A stretch of DNA of 64,000 nucleotides from positions 13,486 to 77,485 of the forward strand of contig JAQUNK010000003.1 of assembly GCA_028717645.1 (NCBI GenBank), in the 5' to 3' direction. This document shows positions 38,905 to 48,239 of this stretch, piece after piece; position 1 is the first letter of the stretch, and every line of letters begins with the position of its first letter. Origin of the DNA: Candidatus Omnitrophota bacterium (GTDB lineage Bacteria; Omnitrophota; Gorgyraeia; Gygaellales; JAMWDD01). A program made the translations under genes and the position numbers. The notes beneath the pieces were generated by a model that did no database searches, was not told the origin of the DNA, and worked only from the letters and a program-made list of their open reading frames with translations.

Positions 38905-40983
38905 ATGACGGATCTATTGGTCCCATATTTGGATATTATTAAATTCATCATTTTAAACCTTTTTGTCTGGTTTAGTGCATCGCGCTTGGCAAAAAAGTTC
39001 TCCCGTAGCTTTACCTTGGATTATGTCATTACCTTCATTTTATTTTTCGCCAGCCAGGTCATTATCACGGAATTGGCATTAGGGATCCTGGGAAAGCTGT
39101 TTTTCCCGAACCTCTTTGTCTTGAACGCTTTGATCTGCGCGCTTATTTATTTTTGGGATAGGCGTAATATCCGAACAAAAAGCCAGATGGGGCATACTGA
39201 AACAGAGCTATTCGAAAACAAGACCGTTTTGTTCTGCCTTGCTTTTATTTTGGGCTTCGGACTGGTAAAATTATACATTAATCTGATCAATCCGCCTTTT
39301 GGCTGGGATTCTTTGAATTATCATTTCACCTTTGCCGTAGAATGGCTGAAGCACGGTAATCTCAATGTACCGATCACCATAAATGACGACCCGTCGCCTA
39401 CGTATTATCCTATTAACGGCAGCCTACTCTATTTATGGCTGATCTTACCTTTCAAGAACGTTATGCTGGCGGACCTGGGCCAGCTGCCGTTCTTCATTCT
39501 GGCATTCCTGGCTACATTTTCTATTGCTAAGAAGCTAGAGCTTACAGATGAATACGCATTTTTTGCTTCAGCCTTATTTTTATTAGTGCCGAATTATTTT
39601 AAACAATTAAGCATTGCTTATGTTGACGTAATGGTCGCTGCATGGTTTTTGACAGCCCTGTATTATCTTTTTCTCTTAAGAGAACAACTTTCTCTGAAGA
39701 ATGCGCTGCTTTTCGGCATAGCCATAGGCTTACTGATAGGTACAAAAACCTTGGCCATAACTTATGCGGCGTTGCTCGTATTACCATTTTTATTCCTTAT
39801 CCTAAAGAGATCCGCACTCAAAAAATCCTTTTCGCTGCTTGCATGTTTTATTGCCGGCATTATTTTATGCGGGGGTTTTGCTTATATCAGGAACTTCATA
39901 CAGACAGGCAATCCGCTTTATCCGTTAGACGTTAAAATGTTTGGTGTAAATATTTTTAGAGGGGTCGAGCCTAAGGCAGCGCTTTTAATCCACTTTAAGC
40001 CCGGTGATTATGCAATAAGCAAGATACTGTTTCATGAAGGCGCGGGTGGAGGGGTTTTGTTGTTTTTGCTTCCGGCACTCTTTCTGGCCTTACCACTGGT
40101 GTGGTTGAAGAAAAGAAAGGATACGGGGTTATTTTTAGGTTATTTCCTGGTCTTACCTTTATTGATGTTTTTTGCCTGGCGCTATGCGGTCGGCTTGCCG
40201 AATACGCGTTATCTTTATCCTTTGTTGGGTATAGGTTTTCTGGCGGCGTTTTATACGCTGAAAACTATGGGTATCCCGCGAATTATTGTCAGGATATTCG
40301 TTATCCTCTGCGTAATTTCTTCGTTATTTGAACTAGCTAGGCATGCGGAACTGGGGATCTCCATGGGTTTGTCGTTCCTCCTATTATTCGTAATAATATT
40401 AATGCGGAAATTCTGGAAAGGAAAATTATCGTCAGGCTCAGGATATATATTTTTAGCGTGCATTATATTTGTTTTTGCCTTTGCCGCGGTCCAGGATAAC
40501 TATAAGCAGAATGAATATAGCCGCTACGTAAAAAATTCTCCTTTCTGGGAAGATGCAACACTCGCCTGGGAATGGCTGAATGATCATACTGGGTCGGATA
40601 ATATCGCTTACGTCGGCAGGCCTGTTCCGTTCCCGCTTTACGGCGGAAATTTTAAGAATAATGTTTATTACGTTTCCGTAAATAAGACAGAGCCGGTGAA
40701 AATCCACTATTTCGCTAATTCGCGCTATGAATGGGGCTTTGATTTTGAAAGCCTGCAAAAGACCCTGGAGGAACCAAATAATTACCGGGGTAATGCTGAC
40801 TACCGCGTCTGGCTGAACAATCTGATGAAGAAAAATACGGATCACCTTTTTATTTATTCGCTGCATCAGACAAAAGATATTATATTCCCCATGGAAGATA
40901 AATGGGCTAATCAGCATGCGGACAGGTTTAATCTCGTATTTGCTAATGAAAACGTGCATATTTATAAAATTATTAAGGAGTAG
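38905..40983 (+). CDS. polytopic membrane protein, putative GT-C-fold (ArnT/PMT-like) glycosyltransferase
   Basis: 692 aa with about 13 or more TM helices. An acidic motif (INDD) lies in an early extracytoplasmic loop. It is immediately followed by an ArnC/Dpm1-like GT2. Confidence 0.4.
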   Translation: MTDLLVPYLDIIKFIILNLFVWFSASRLAKKFSRSFTLDYVITFILFFASQVIITELALGILGKLFFPNLFVLNALICALIYFWDRRNIRTKSQMGHTETELFENKTVLFCLAFILGFGLVKLYINLINPPFGWDSLNYHFTFAVEWLKHGNLNVPITINDDPSPTYYPINGSLLYLWLILPFKNVMLADLGQLPFFILAFLATFSIAKKLELTDEYAFFASALFLLVPNYFKQLSIAYVDVMVAAWFLTALYYLFLLREQLSLKNALLFGIAIGLLIGTKTLAITYAALLVLPFLFLILKRSALKKSFSLLACFIAGIILCGGFAYIRNFIQTGNPLYPLDVKMFGVNIFRGVEPKAALLIHFKPGDYAISKILFHEGAGGGVLLFLLPALFLALPLVWLKKRKDTGLFLGYFLVLPLLMFFAWRYAVGLPNTRYLYPLLGIGFLAAFYTLKTMGIPRIIVRIFVILCVISSLFELARHAELGISMGLSFLLLFVIILMRKFWKGKLSSGSGYIFLACIIFVFAFAAVQDNYKQNEYSRYVKNSPFWEDATLAWEWLNDHTGSDNIAYVGRPVPFPLYGGNFKNNVYYVSVNKTEPVKIHYFANSRYEWGFDFESLQKTLEEPNNYRGNADYRVWLNNLMKKNTDHLFIYSLHQTKDIIFPMEDKWANQHADRFNLVFANENVHIYKIIKE

Positions 40984-40986
40984 GAC

Positions 40987-41715
40987 GTGAAACTTTCCGT
41001 AGTCGTACCCGCGCATAACGAAGAAGAATGCGTTGGCCGCGTTTTGGAAGAGATCATAACCGGCCTGGATAAAGCGCGCATTGAACACGAGATAATCGCT
41101 GTCAATGATAGCAGCACCGATTCAACGCCCAAGATACTTTCTTCTTTAGCTGCAAAATATCCTCAGGTAAAAGTGGTTAACCGCCAGCTGCCTAATGGAT
41201 TCGGTAGGGCGATAAAAAGCGGCCTGGAGCGGGTAACCGGCGAGGCGGTAGCTATCGTTATGGCCGATGCATCCGATGACCCCGAAGATATCGTGCGTTA
41301 TTTCCGTAAAATAGAAGAGGGCTACGACTGTGTATTCGGCTCACGTTTCATAAAGGGCGCGCATATTTACGATTATCCTAAATTTAAATTATTTTTGAAC
41401 CGTCTTGCCAATACTTTCATTAAATTACTTTTTTTAAGGAAAGAGAACGATATTACCAATGCCTTTAAGATGTATAAGACAGGCGTGATCAAGGCCTGTT
41501 CGCCGCTTTTGGCAAGCCACTTCAACATTACGGTTGAGATCCCTTTAAAGGCGATCACCCGCGGTTTTAAAGTGACCCAGGTACCGATAAGCTGGTACGG
41601 TAGAAAAAGCGGTGTTTCCAAACTTAAAATAAAAGAGATCACGCGTAAATACCTATTTACCGTATTCTATGTATGGTTAGAGAAAATACTCTTAAGCGAT
41701 GAATTGAAGAACTAG
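40987..41715 (+). CDS. GT2 polyprenyl-phosphate sugar transferase (ArnC/Dpm1-like)
   Basis: LSVVVPAHNEEE...AVNDSSTDST...VMADASDDPEDI parallels ArnC. GTG start. Confidence 0.78.
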   Translation: MKLSVVVPAHNEEECVGRVLEEIITGLDKARIEHEIIAVNDSSTDSTPKILSSLAAKYPQVKVVNRQLPNGFGRAIKSGLERVTGEAVAIVMADASDDPEDIVRYFRKIEEGYDCVFGSRFIKGAHIYDYPKFKLFLNRLANTFIKLLFLRKENDITNAFKMYKTGVIKACSPLLASHFNITVEIPLKAITRGFKVTQVPISWYGRKSGVSKLKIKEITRKYLFTVFYVWLEKILLSDELKN

Positions 41716-41722
41716 GGCTACG

Positions 41723-42445
41723 ATGAGCGGACAGATCAAGGATAAAGAAAAAAAGTTTTTTGATGGGCTAAGTACGGGCGATTACGAGGTGTTTACCGAG
41801 GCAAGCTACAATAAATATCTCCTCATCTTTAAGGAAAGTATACTGCCCAAGAAAAATGAGCTACTGCTTGACCTGGGTTGCGGCAGCGGCGCCTTTTCCG
41901 GCCGTCTCTCTGCATTGGGGGTCAAGGTCTTCGGGGTGGATATTTCTTTTAACCTTTTAAATAATTCCCGGCATAAGGATAAGGTATCTTTTATTTCAGC
42001 GGATATCGAACGGCTGCCTTTTGCCGACAAGACCTTTGATATCGTCGTCTTCGCTGCGGTCCTGCACCATTTTCCGCATCTTGACCAGGCGATAAAAGAG
42101 GCAAGAAGGGTCTTGAAAGACAATGGCAGGTGTTTTGCCTTTGACCCGAATAACCGGCATCCGGTGATGTGGCTTTACCGGAACAAGAAGTCGCCCCTTT
42201 ATTCATCGTGCGGCGTCACGGACAACGAAAGGCTGCTTACGGAAGAAGAGCTGAATAAGTTATTTAAGGATAATTATTTCGCGGTAAAGACATTTGCTAT
42301 TTCCGGGTTAAGTTATAAATATGTAAAGAGCAGGCTGATGAGGCTGTTTTTACCGCTATATAATTTTATCGACCGCGTATTCGCCAGGACAGCGCTGGCA
42401 AAAAGACACGGTTCTTTTATTATCACTATCGCATACAAATTATGA
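41723..42445 (+). CDS. class I SAM-dependent methyltransferase
   Basis: LLDLGCGSGAFSGRL motif I and the downstream motifs DIVVFAAVLHH. Confidence 0.65.
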   Translation: MSGQIKDKEKKFFDGLSTGDYEVFTEASYNKYLLIFKESILPKKNELLLDLGCGSGAFSGRLSALGVKVFGVDISFNLLNNSRHKDKVSFISADIERLPFADKTFDIVVFAAVLHHFPHLDQAIKEARRVLKDNGRCFAFDPNNRHPVMWLYRNKKSPLYSSCGVTDNERLLTEEELNKLFKDNYFAVKTFAISGLSYKYVKSRLMRLFLPLYNFIDRVFARTALAKRHGSFIITIAYKL

Positions 42446-43119
42446 AAATGCTTTCAGTGGTCATTCCGGTTTATAATGAGGCGAAAACTATCTTAAAGAT
42501 CCTGGCTAAGATCGACGCGGTCGGCCTGGATAAAGAGATAGTCATCGTGGATAATTCATCAAGCGATGGTACCGTAGAAGTCTTGAAAGGCCTGGGCAGG
42601 CAGGATATTAAATGCATATTCCATGACTGCAATAAAGGCAAGGGCACTTCGGTAAGGGAAGGGATTGAAGCGGCAACGAGTGAATTTGTGGTCATCCAGG
42701 ACGCAGATTTAGAATATGATCCTGCGGATTTCTTGAAATTGCTGGAGCCATTAAAGAAAAATGAAGCGGATATTGTTTTAGGCGCGCGTTTTACTTCTGG
42801 CCACAGCGGCCTGCTTGCGCACCGGTTAGGCAACCGTTTTCTGACCTGGCTGCTTAACCTTTTATTCGGTTCACGGCTTAATGATTACGCTACCTGCTAT
42901 AAGATGGCGCGTAAGTCTGTTTTTGACGGGCTAAAACTTAGAGCCGGCGGTTTTGACATAGAAGTAGAGATCGTCTGTAAAGCACTGAAAAAAAAGTTAC
43001 GCATAATAGAAGTACCTATTTCTTATTATCCGCGTAGTTACCGGGAGGGGAAAAAGATACGGTGGTTTGACGGCTTGGATGCGATCAAAAGCATCCTCAA
43101 ATACCGTTTTTCCGATTAA
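42442..43119 (+). CDS. GT2 polyprenyl-phosphate sugar transferase (Dpm1/ArnC-like)
   Basis: LSVVIPVYNEAKTI...IVDNSSSDGT...VIQDADLEYDP. Confidence 0.78.
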   Translation: MKMLSVVIPVYNEAKTILKILAKIDAVGLDKEIVIVDNSSSDGTVEVLKGLGRQDIKCIFHDCNKGKGTSVREGIEAATSEFVVIQDADLEYDPADFLKLLEPLKKNEADIVLGARFTSGHSGLLAHRLGNRFLTWLLNLLFGSRLNDYATCYKMARKSVFDGLKLRAGGFDIEVEIVCKALKKKLRIIEVPISYYPRSYREGKKIRWFDGLDAIKSILKYRFSD

Positions 43120-43121
43120 AG

Positions 43122-44354
43122 ATGAGAGATAAATTTATCAAGTTTTTTGCTTTTGTGCAGTATTGGATGATCATTCTGCTTCCGTTTTCCGTGGCTGTTG
43201 CCCCGGCTCCAATGAACGTGTTTATGGGATGGCTCTTGTTCAGTTTTCTGATGAAAAAGATCCTGAAGAGAGAAAATCCGGTCGTTCCGTCGCGGATAAA
43301 CTTAGCATTCGTATTGCTTATGGCGATATCCGTTATTTCCATAATAAATTCCGTTTCCCTGAAGGATAGCCTAAAAGGTGGTATCTTAAGGTTGCTTCAA
43401 TATGGCTTTATTTACCTGGCAGTAATAGACGGCATAAAAGATGCCCGGCACATCCGGCGCATTTTTATCAGCTTGGTTTTAGGCGTTTGCTTTATTTCTT
43501 TTGATGGTATCTGGCAGGTGGTTACGGGAAAGGATTTTGTGCGGGGATACTTACCTATAATTAATCTTAACCTGGTGCGCGCCACGGCCAGCTTTAAAGA
43601 TGCCAACGTCATGGGAATATACCTAAGCGCTTTCATACCTTTAATGCTATGCCTGGCATTCTACTTCTTTAAAGATAAAAAGAAGATTCTTATGTTTTTT
43701 ATAAGTTTGCTCGCTTTGGCCGGTTTGGTCCTGACTTATTCCCGGCCGAGCCTCTTGGCGGTTTACTTAAGCGTATTATTCTTAGGCTTGGTAAAAAAAG
43801 ACAAGATAGTTATTGCTGCGCTGCTTGGTTTAGTGGTTCTTGCTCCTTTTATAGCGCCAAGATCCGTGAAGGACTGGGCAAAAGAGGTAAATTATAACCC
43901 TATAAGATTTATGTGCAACGATGACCGCATAGCAATTTACCGCAATGACTTGCAGATGGTTAAAGCTCATCCGGCGATCGGGGTAGGCACGAATAATTTC
44001 ATGAAGAATTACAAAAAGTATAAAGAATCACCCGAATATATGAATATCGTTACTGCCGACTATATGTATGCGCATAATAATTTTCTGCATATGGCCGGTG
44101 AGACCGGGCTGATCGGTTTAGGCATATTTCTTTGGTTGCTTTACCGGCTTTTTGCGGAAGCGTCAGGCATATACAAAAGGCTGGAAGATAATTTCTTTAA
44201 ATTTGTTTCTTTGGGCCTGATCGCTTCGCTCATTGCCTTTTTGCTCAACGGCCTTACCGAGAGCAGCCTTTATTATTCACGAGTAGCCGTACTTTTCTGG
44301 TATTTAACCGGTTTTTCCTTAGGGCTTAAAAAATTTATCAATGCAGATAGGTAA
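43122..44354 (+). CDS. O-antigen ligase/polymerase family membrane protein (Wzy_C domain)
   Basis: About 10 TM helices. YAHNNFLHMAGETGLIGL matches the Wzy_C/WaaL periplasmic-loop signature. Confidence 0.65.
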   Translation: MRDKFIKFFAFVQYWMIILLPFSVAVAPAPMNVFMGWLLFSFLMKKILKRENPVVPSRINLAFVLLMAISVISIINSVSLKDSLKGGILRLLQYGFIYLAVIDGIKDARHIRRIFISLVLGVCFISFDGIWQVVTGKDFVRGYLPIINLNLVRATASFKDANVMGIYLSAFIPLMLCLAFYFFKDKKKILMFFISLLALAGLVLTYSRPSLLAVYLSVLFLGLVKKDKIVIAALLGLVVLAPFIAPRSVKDWAKEVNYNPIRFMCNDDRIAIYRNDLQMVKAHPAIGVGTNNFMKNYKKYKESPEYMNIVTADYMYAHNNFLHMAGETGLIGLGIFLWLLYRLFAEASGIYKRLEDNFFKFVSLGLIASLIAFLLNGLTESSLYYSRVAVLFWYLTGFSLGLKKFINADR

Positions 44355-45330
44355 ACAGAAGGTAAAGAATATTTTGGCGGTACGTAACGATCGTTTCGGC
44401 GAGTTTCTTTTAAATATCCCCGCCTTGCGTGCCTTAAAAGAGACTTTTCCGGCCGCTAAAATAACCCTGGTTGTGGGAGAAGGGGTCAAAGATCTGGCAG
44501 AAGGCTTATCTATCGCGGATAAGGTACTGGAGTGGGATGCTAAAAAACGCCATGGTTTGCTGGAAAGGATCAATTTTATCCGGTTGCTCAGGAAGCAGAG
44601 GTTTGACCTGGCGGTCATACTTAATCCTTCAAAGGTTTTCCATGTTTTTAGCTATCTGGCGGGAATCCCATTGAGGCTAGGTTATGGCCGTAAGTGCGGC
44701 TGCTGTCTTACGCATAAGATCAAGGACTTAAAACACCTGGGCCAGAAACATGAAGTCGATTATAATTTAGAATTGGTGAGTTTAGCCGACGCCCAAACCC
44801 GAAATAAGGCCCTCTCCATTGTCTTGCGCGAAAAAGACAAGATATTTATTGATAATTTGCTAAAAAAACATAATATAACAGAAACGAGCAAACTCGTTGC
44901 GCTGCATCCTTTTACCAGTGATCCGCTTAAACAATGGCCGATAGAGAAATTCAAGGCATTGACGCGCAGGCTGATATCCGAGTTGCTTGTTAAAGTAATA
45001 ATTATTGGCGGCAAAGAAGAGGAAGCGGCAAACGCAAGCTTCGCTTTACTTTCCCCGGAAGTGATAGATCTGACGGGTAAGACCACGCTGTTGGAATCGG
45101 CGGCGCTGTTGAAGAAAATGCGGCTGCTGATCTCAAACGACAGCGGCCCGGTGCATCTGGCAAGGGCAGTGAGTATTCCGGTGTTAGCTATTTTTAGGAA
45201 TGACCTTCCCGGAAAAAACGCTCGGCGCTGGGGGCCGTGGGGCGAAGGCAATATTGTCATAGAAAAAAGCGATCTTGAACAAATAAGCGTAGATGAAGTT
45301 TTTACTGCAGCAAGGAGTTTATTAAAATGA
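44341..45330 (+). CDS. GT9 ADP-heptose:LPS heptosyltransferase family
   Basis: ILAVRNDRFGEFLLNIPALRAL is the N-terminus. C-terminal GT-B motifs are LISNDSGPVHLA. Confidence 0.75.
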   Translation: MQIGKQKVKNILAVRNDRFGEFLLNIPALRALKETFPAAKITLVVGEGVKDLAEGLSIADKVLEWDAKKRHGLLERINFIRLLRKQRFDLAVILNPSKVFHVFSYLAGIPLRLGYGRKCGCCLTHKIKDLKHLGQKHEVDYNLELVSLADAQTRNKALSIVLREKDKIFIDNLLKKHNITETSKLVALHPFTSDPLKQWPIEKFKALTRRLISELLVKVIIIGGKEEEAANASFALLSPEVIDLTGKTTLLESAALLKKMRLLISNDSGPVHLARAVSIPVLAIFRNDLPGKNARRWGPWGEGNIVIEKSDLEQISVDEVFTAARSLLK

Positions 45331-46373
45331 TCTATGCGGTTATTCTGGCCGGTGGCAAGGGGGAGCGCTTCTGGCCTTTAAGCGATGAAAATACGCCCAA
45401 GCAGTTCCATTGTCTCTATTCCAATCTTTCCATGTTACAGGAAACTATTGCCAGGGTTTTACCGCTTGTAGCGCCTAGAAATATTTATGTATCTACGAAT
45501 AGGCAGCACCGCGCAATACTGGAAAAACAACTAAAGAAATTTTCCGTTCCGGCAAAGAATATTTTTTTTGAGGCAAGCCCTAAAAGTACCTTAGCGCCGG
45601 TAAGTTTCTTAAGCAGGGCGATCTTATCCAGGGATAAGGGTGCGGTAATCGCGGTTTTTCCTTCGGACCACTTTATCGATGACCGAAAGAAACTCGCAAG
45701 CACACTTAGGCGCGCGGCGGGCTTGGCCCAAAAAGGCTATATTGTTTGTTTAGGCAAACAGCCTGATTATCCGCAAACCGGATATGGATACATCAAATTA
45801 GGTAGAGAGATTTCTTCACGGGCCTATAGAGTGAAGAAGTTCATTGAAAAACCGGCAAAAGACAGGGCAAGGCGCTTCGTCAGAAGCAAGCAGTACCTCT
45901 GGAATTGTGGCATATTTATCTTTAAGGCAGAAACCCTGATGGAAGAATTAAGGCGCTATGCCCCAGGGCTTTACCGGAATTTAAAATGTGCGGATATCCA
46001 CGCGGGAACCAAGAGGATCTGGGATAAGCTGCCGTCAATATCCATAGATTACGGGATCATGGAAAGAACCAAAAAGGCTGCTGTCGTGCGCATTGATCAT
46101 CTTTGGTCTGATGTGGGAGATTGGAAAGGTTTCAGCGAAATGTTTAAGAAAGACAAATTCAATATTTCTTTTAAAGGCAGGGTAATTGATTTAGATTGTA
46201 AAAATACAACTATATTGTCTTCTACTAATTTAAGTACTAATCCGGTAGCAGCGATAGGCTTAAATAATATTATCATTGTAAACACAGAAGATGGGCTTTT
46301 GGTCTGTGCCAAGGATCATGCACAGGATGTGAAAAAGATCGTTCCTCATCTTAAAACAGAAAGGCCAAAATGA
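45327..46373 (+). CDS. manC: mannose-1-phosphate guanylyltransferase
   Basis: MIYAVILAGGKGERFWPLS nucleotidyltransferase N-terminus. Length 348 aa. No cupin/PMI domain. Confidence 0.82.
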   Translation: MIYAVILAGGKGERFWPLSDENTPKQFHCLYSNLSMLQETIARVLPLVAPRNIYVSTNRQHRAILEKQLKKFSVPAKNIFFEASPKSTLAPVSFLSRAILSRDKGAVIAVFPSDHFIDDRKKLASTLRRAAGLAQKGYIVCLGKQPDYPQTGYGYIKLGREISSRAYRVKKFIEKPAKDRARRFVRSKQYLWNCGIFIFKAETLMEELRRYAPGLYRNLKCADIHAGTKRIWDKLPSISIDYGIMERTKKAAVVRIDHLWSDVGDWKGFSEMFKKDKFNISFKGRVIDLDCKNTTILSSTNLSTNPVAAIGLNNIIIVNTEDGLLVCAKDHAQDVKKIVPHLKTERPK

Positions 46374-47467
46374 AGGTTAATTTTATAGATATCAAGGCGC
46401 AAGAGAAGGAAATAGGCAGGGATTCAGAGCGTTTAATCAAGAATGTCCTGGGCCGCGCAGATTTTGTCTTAGGCCAGGATGTAAAATTATTTGAAAAAGA
46501 ATTTTCCGATTATTGCGGAACGCGTTTTGCACTGGGCGTCAATTCAGGCACAGATGCCCTTTTCTTAAGCCTCCTGGCCTCGGGTATCGGCCGGGGAGAT
46601 GAAGTGATCACTCCGGTATTTACCTTTATTGCCACTGCCTTTGCCGTTTCCTATACCGGTGCTAAGCCCGTATTCGTAGATATAGATGAATGTACTTATA
46701 ATATCGATCCGGAGAGGATCGAAAAGGCAATTACCAAGAGAACGAAGGCGATCATGCCAGTGCATCTTTACGGCGGGCCGGCGGACTTAGGCCCGATATT
46801 AAAGATCGCTAACCGCTATGGCCTGAAGGTCATTGAGGACGCAGCCCAGGCGCATGGAGCATTATATAAAGGTAAGAAGGTCGGCTCTTTTGGCGCGACC
46901 GGATGCTTCAGCTTCTATCCTACGAAAAATCTGGGCGGCTTAGGTGATGGCGGGATAGTCACTACGAGCAATAAGAAAATATACGATAAGTTATTTTTAT
47001 TAAGGGACTGCGGCCGTAAAAAGCGCTATGAGCACCTGATCAAAGGCTATAATTCTCGCCTGGATACCCTGCAGGCTGCAGTATTAAGGGTCAAACTGAA
47101 AAAACTGGATAAATGGAACGCTGCCCGGCGTAAGAATGCCCGGCTTTATGACAGTTTGCTTAAAGATACAGGTATAAACACGCCTTTCGAAAGTAAAGAC
47201 TGCCGTCATGTTTATCACCAGTATGTCATCAGGTCGAAGAACAGGGACCGGTTGCTTGACGAATGCAGGAAAAAAGGGATCGCTGCGGCAATTTACTATC
47301 CGCTGCCTTTACACCTGCAGCCGGCATATAAAGAATTAGGCTATAAAAAAGGGAGTTTCCGTTGTGCAGAAAAGATAGCAAAAGAAGTCTTGTCTTTACC
47401 AATGCATCCCTATCTAACCAGGCAGCAGATCGAATGCGTCGCGGATACTTTAAAGAAAGCAGTATAA
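46370..47467 (+). CDS. DegT/DnrJ/EryC1/StrS-family PLP-dependent sugar aminotransferase (perosamine-synthase-like)
   Basis: Aminotransferase of 365 aa with a characteristic N-terminal region and a PLP-lysine region (FSFYPTKNLG). It is adjacent to manC. Confidence 0.82.
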   Translation: MKVNFIDIKAQEKEIGRDSERLIKNVLGRADFVLGQDVKLFEKEFSDYCGTRFALGVNSGTDALFLSLLASGIGRGDEVITPVFTFIATAFAVSYTGAKPVFVDIDECTYNIDPERIEKAITKRTKAIMPVHLYGGPADLGPILKIANRYGLKVIEDAAQAHGALYKGKKVGSFGATGCFSFYPTKNLGGLGDGGIVTTSNKKIYDKLFLLRDCGRKKRYEHLIKGYNSRLDTLQAAVLRVKLKKLDKWNAARRKNARLYDSLLKDTGINTPFESKDCRHVYHQYVIRSKNRDRLLDECRKKGIAAAIYYPLPLHLQPAYKELGYKKGSFRCAEKIAKEVLSLPMHPYLTRQQIECVADTLKKAV

Positions 47468-47468
47468 A

Positions 47469-48239
47469 ATGAATAATAAAATTCCTCTTTCAGTGGTAGT
47501 TTTGGCCAAAAACGAAGAAAACAGGATCAGCGAGTGCCTGGAGTCGGTAAGGCTCGCGGATGAAATAATCGTCGTTGATGACTATAGCACTGATAAAACT
47601 GCGGAAATAGCCAAGAAATTCACGAATAAAGTTTTATTGAAGAAGATGGATGTGGAAGGCAGGCACAGGAATTGGGCCTATGCCCAGGCGGGTAATCAGT
47701 GGGTCTTAAGCCTTGATGCTGATGAACGCGCCACACCTGAATTGATGGCTGAGATCGCTGAGGCAATAAAAACAAAGCCGGAATTTAACGGCTTTACCGT
47801 CCCCCGCAGGAATTATATAGGTAAGTATTGGGTCAGGCACGGCGGATGGTATCCCAGCCCGCAGCTTAAACTTTTTAAAAAAGATAAATTCCGTTATGAA
47901 GAAGTCCAGGTCCATCCGCGCGCATTTATGGATGATCCCTGCGGCCATTTAAAAAGCGATATCATACATTATTCTTACCGCGACCTGGAAGATTTTTTAG
48001 CCAAGTTGAACCGTCAGACCACCTGGGAAGCGCAAAAGTGGTTTGATGCGGCAAAGCCGATGACGCTGGCCAGGTTTACCTGGCGCACGATAGACAGGTT
48101 CACGCGTTCTTATGTAGGAAGAGGCGGTTTTAAAGATGGTTTTATCGGTTTTGCGCTTGCTTATTATGCCGGCTTGTATCAATGGGTAAGTTATTTAAAA
48201 TATAAAGAACTGGTTATGCGAAAGGAAGGGAAGATATGA
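47469..48239 (+). CDS. GT2 glycosyltransferase (LPS core-type)
   Basis: LSVVVLAKNEENRI...VVDDYSTDKT...LDADE. Confidence 0.75.
   Translation: MNNKIPLSVVVLAKNEENRISECLESVRLADEIIVVDDYSTDKTAEIAKKFTNKVLLKKMDVEGRHRNWAYAQAGNQWVLSLDADERATPELMAEIAEAIKTKPEFNGFTVPRRNYIGKYWVRHGGWYPSPQLKLFKKDKFRYEEVQVHPRAFMDDPCGHLKSDIIHYSYRDLEDFLAKLNRQTTWEAQKWFDAAKPMTLARFTWRTIDRFTRSYVGRGGFKDGFIGFALAYYAGLYQWVSYLKYKELVMRKEGKI

Noticed and set aside
40453-41088. 211-aa minus-strand ORF spanning the end of the 692-aa membrane protein and the start of the ArnC-like GT2
   Set aside because: Antisense to two confidently called + strand genes. Low-complexity, Phe/Ile-rich translation typical of a reverse-complement frame in an AT-rich coding region.
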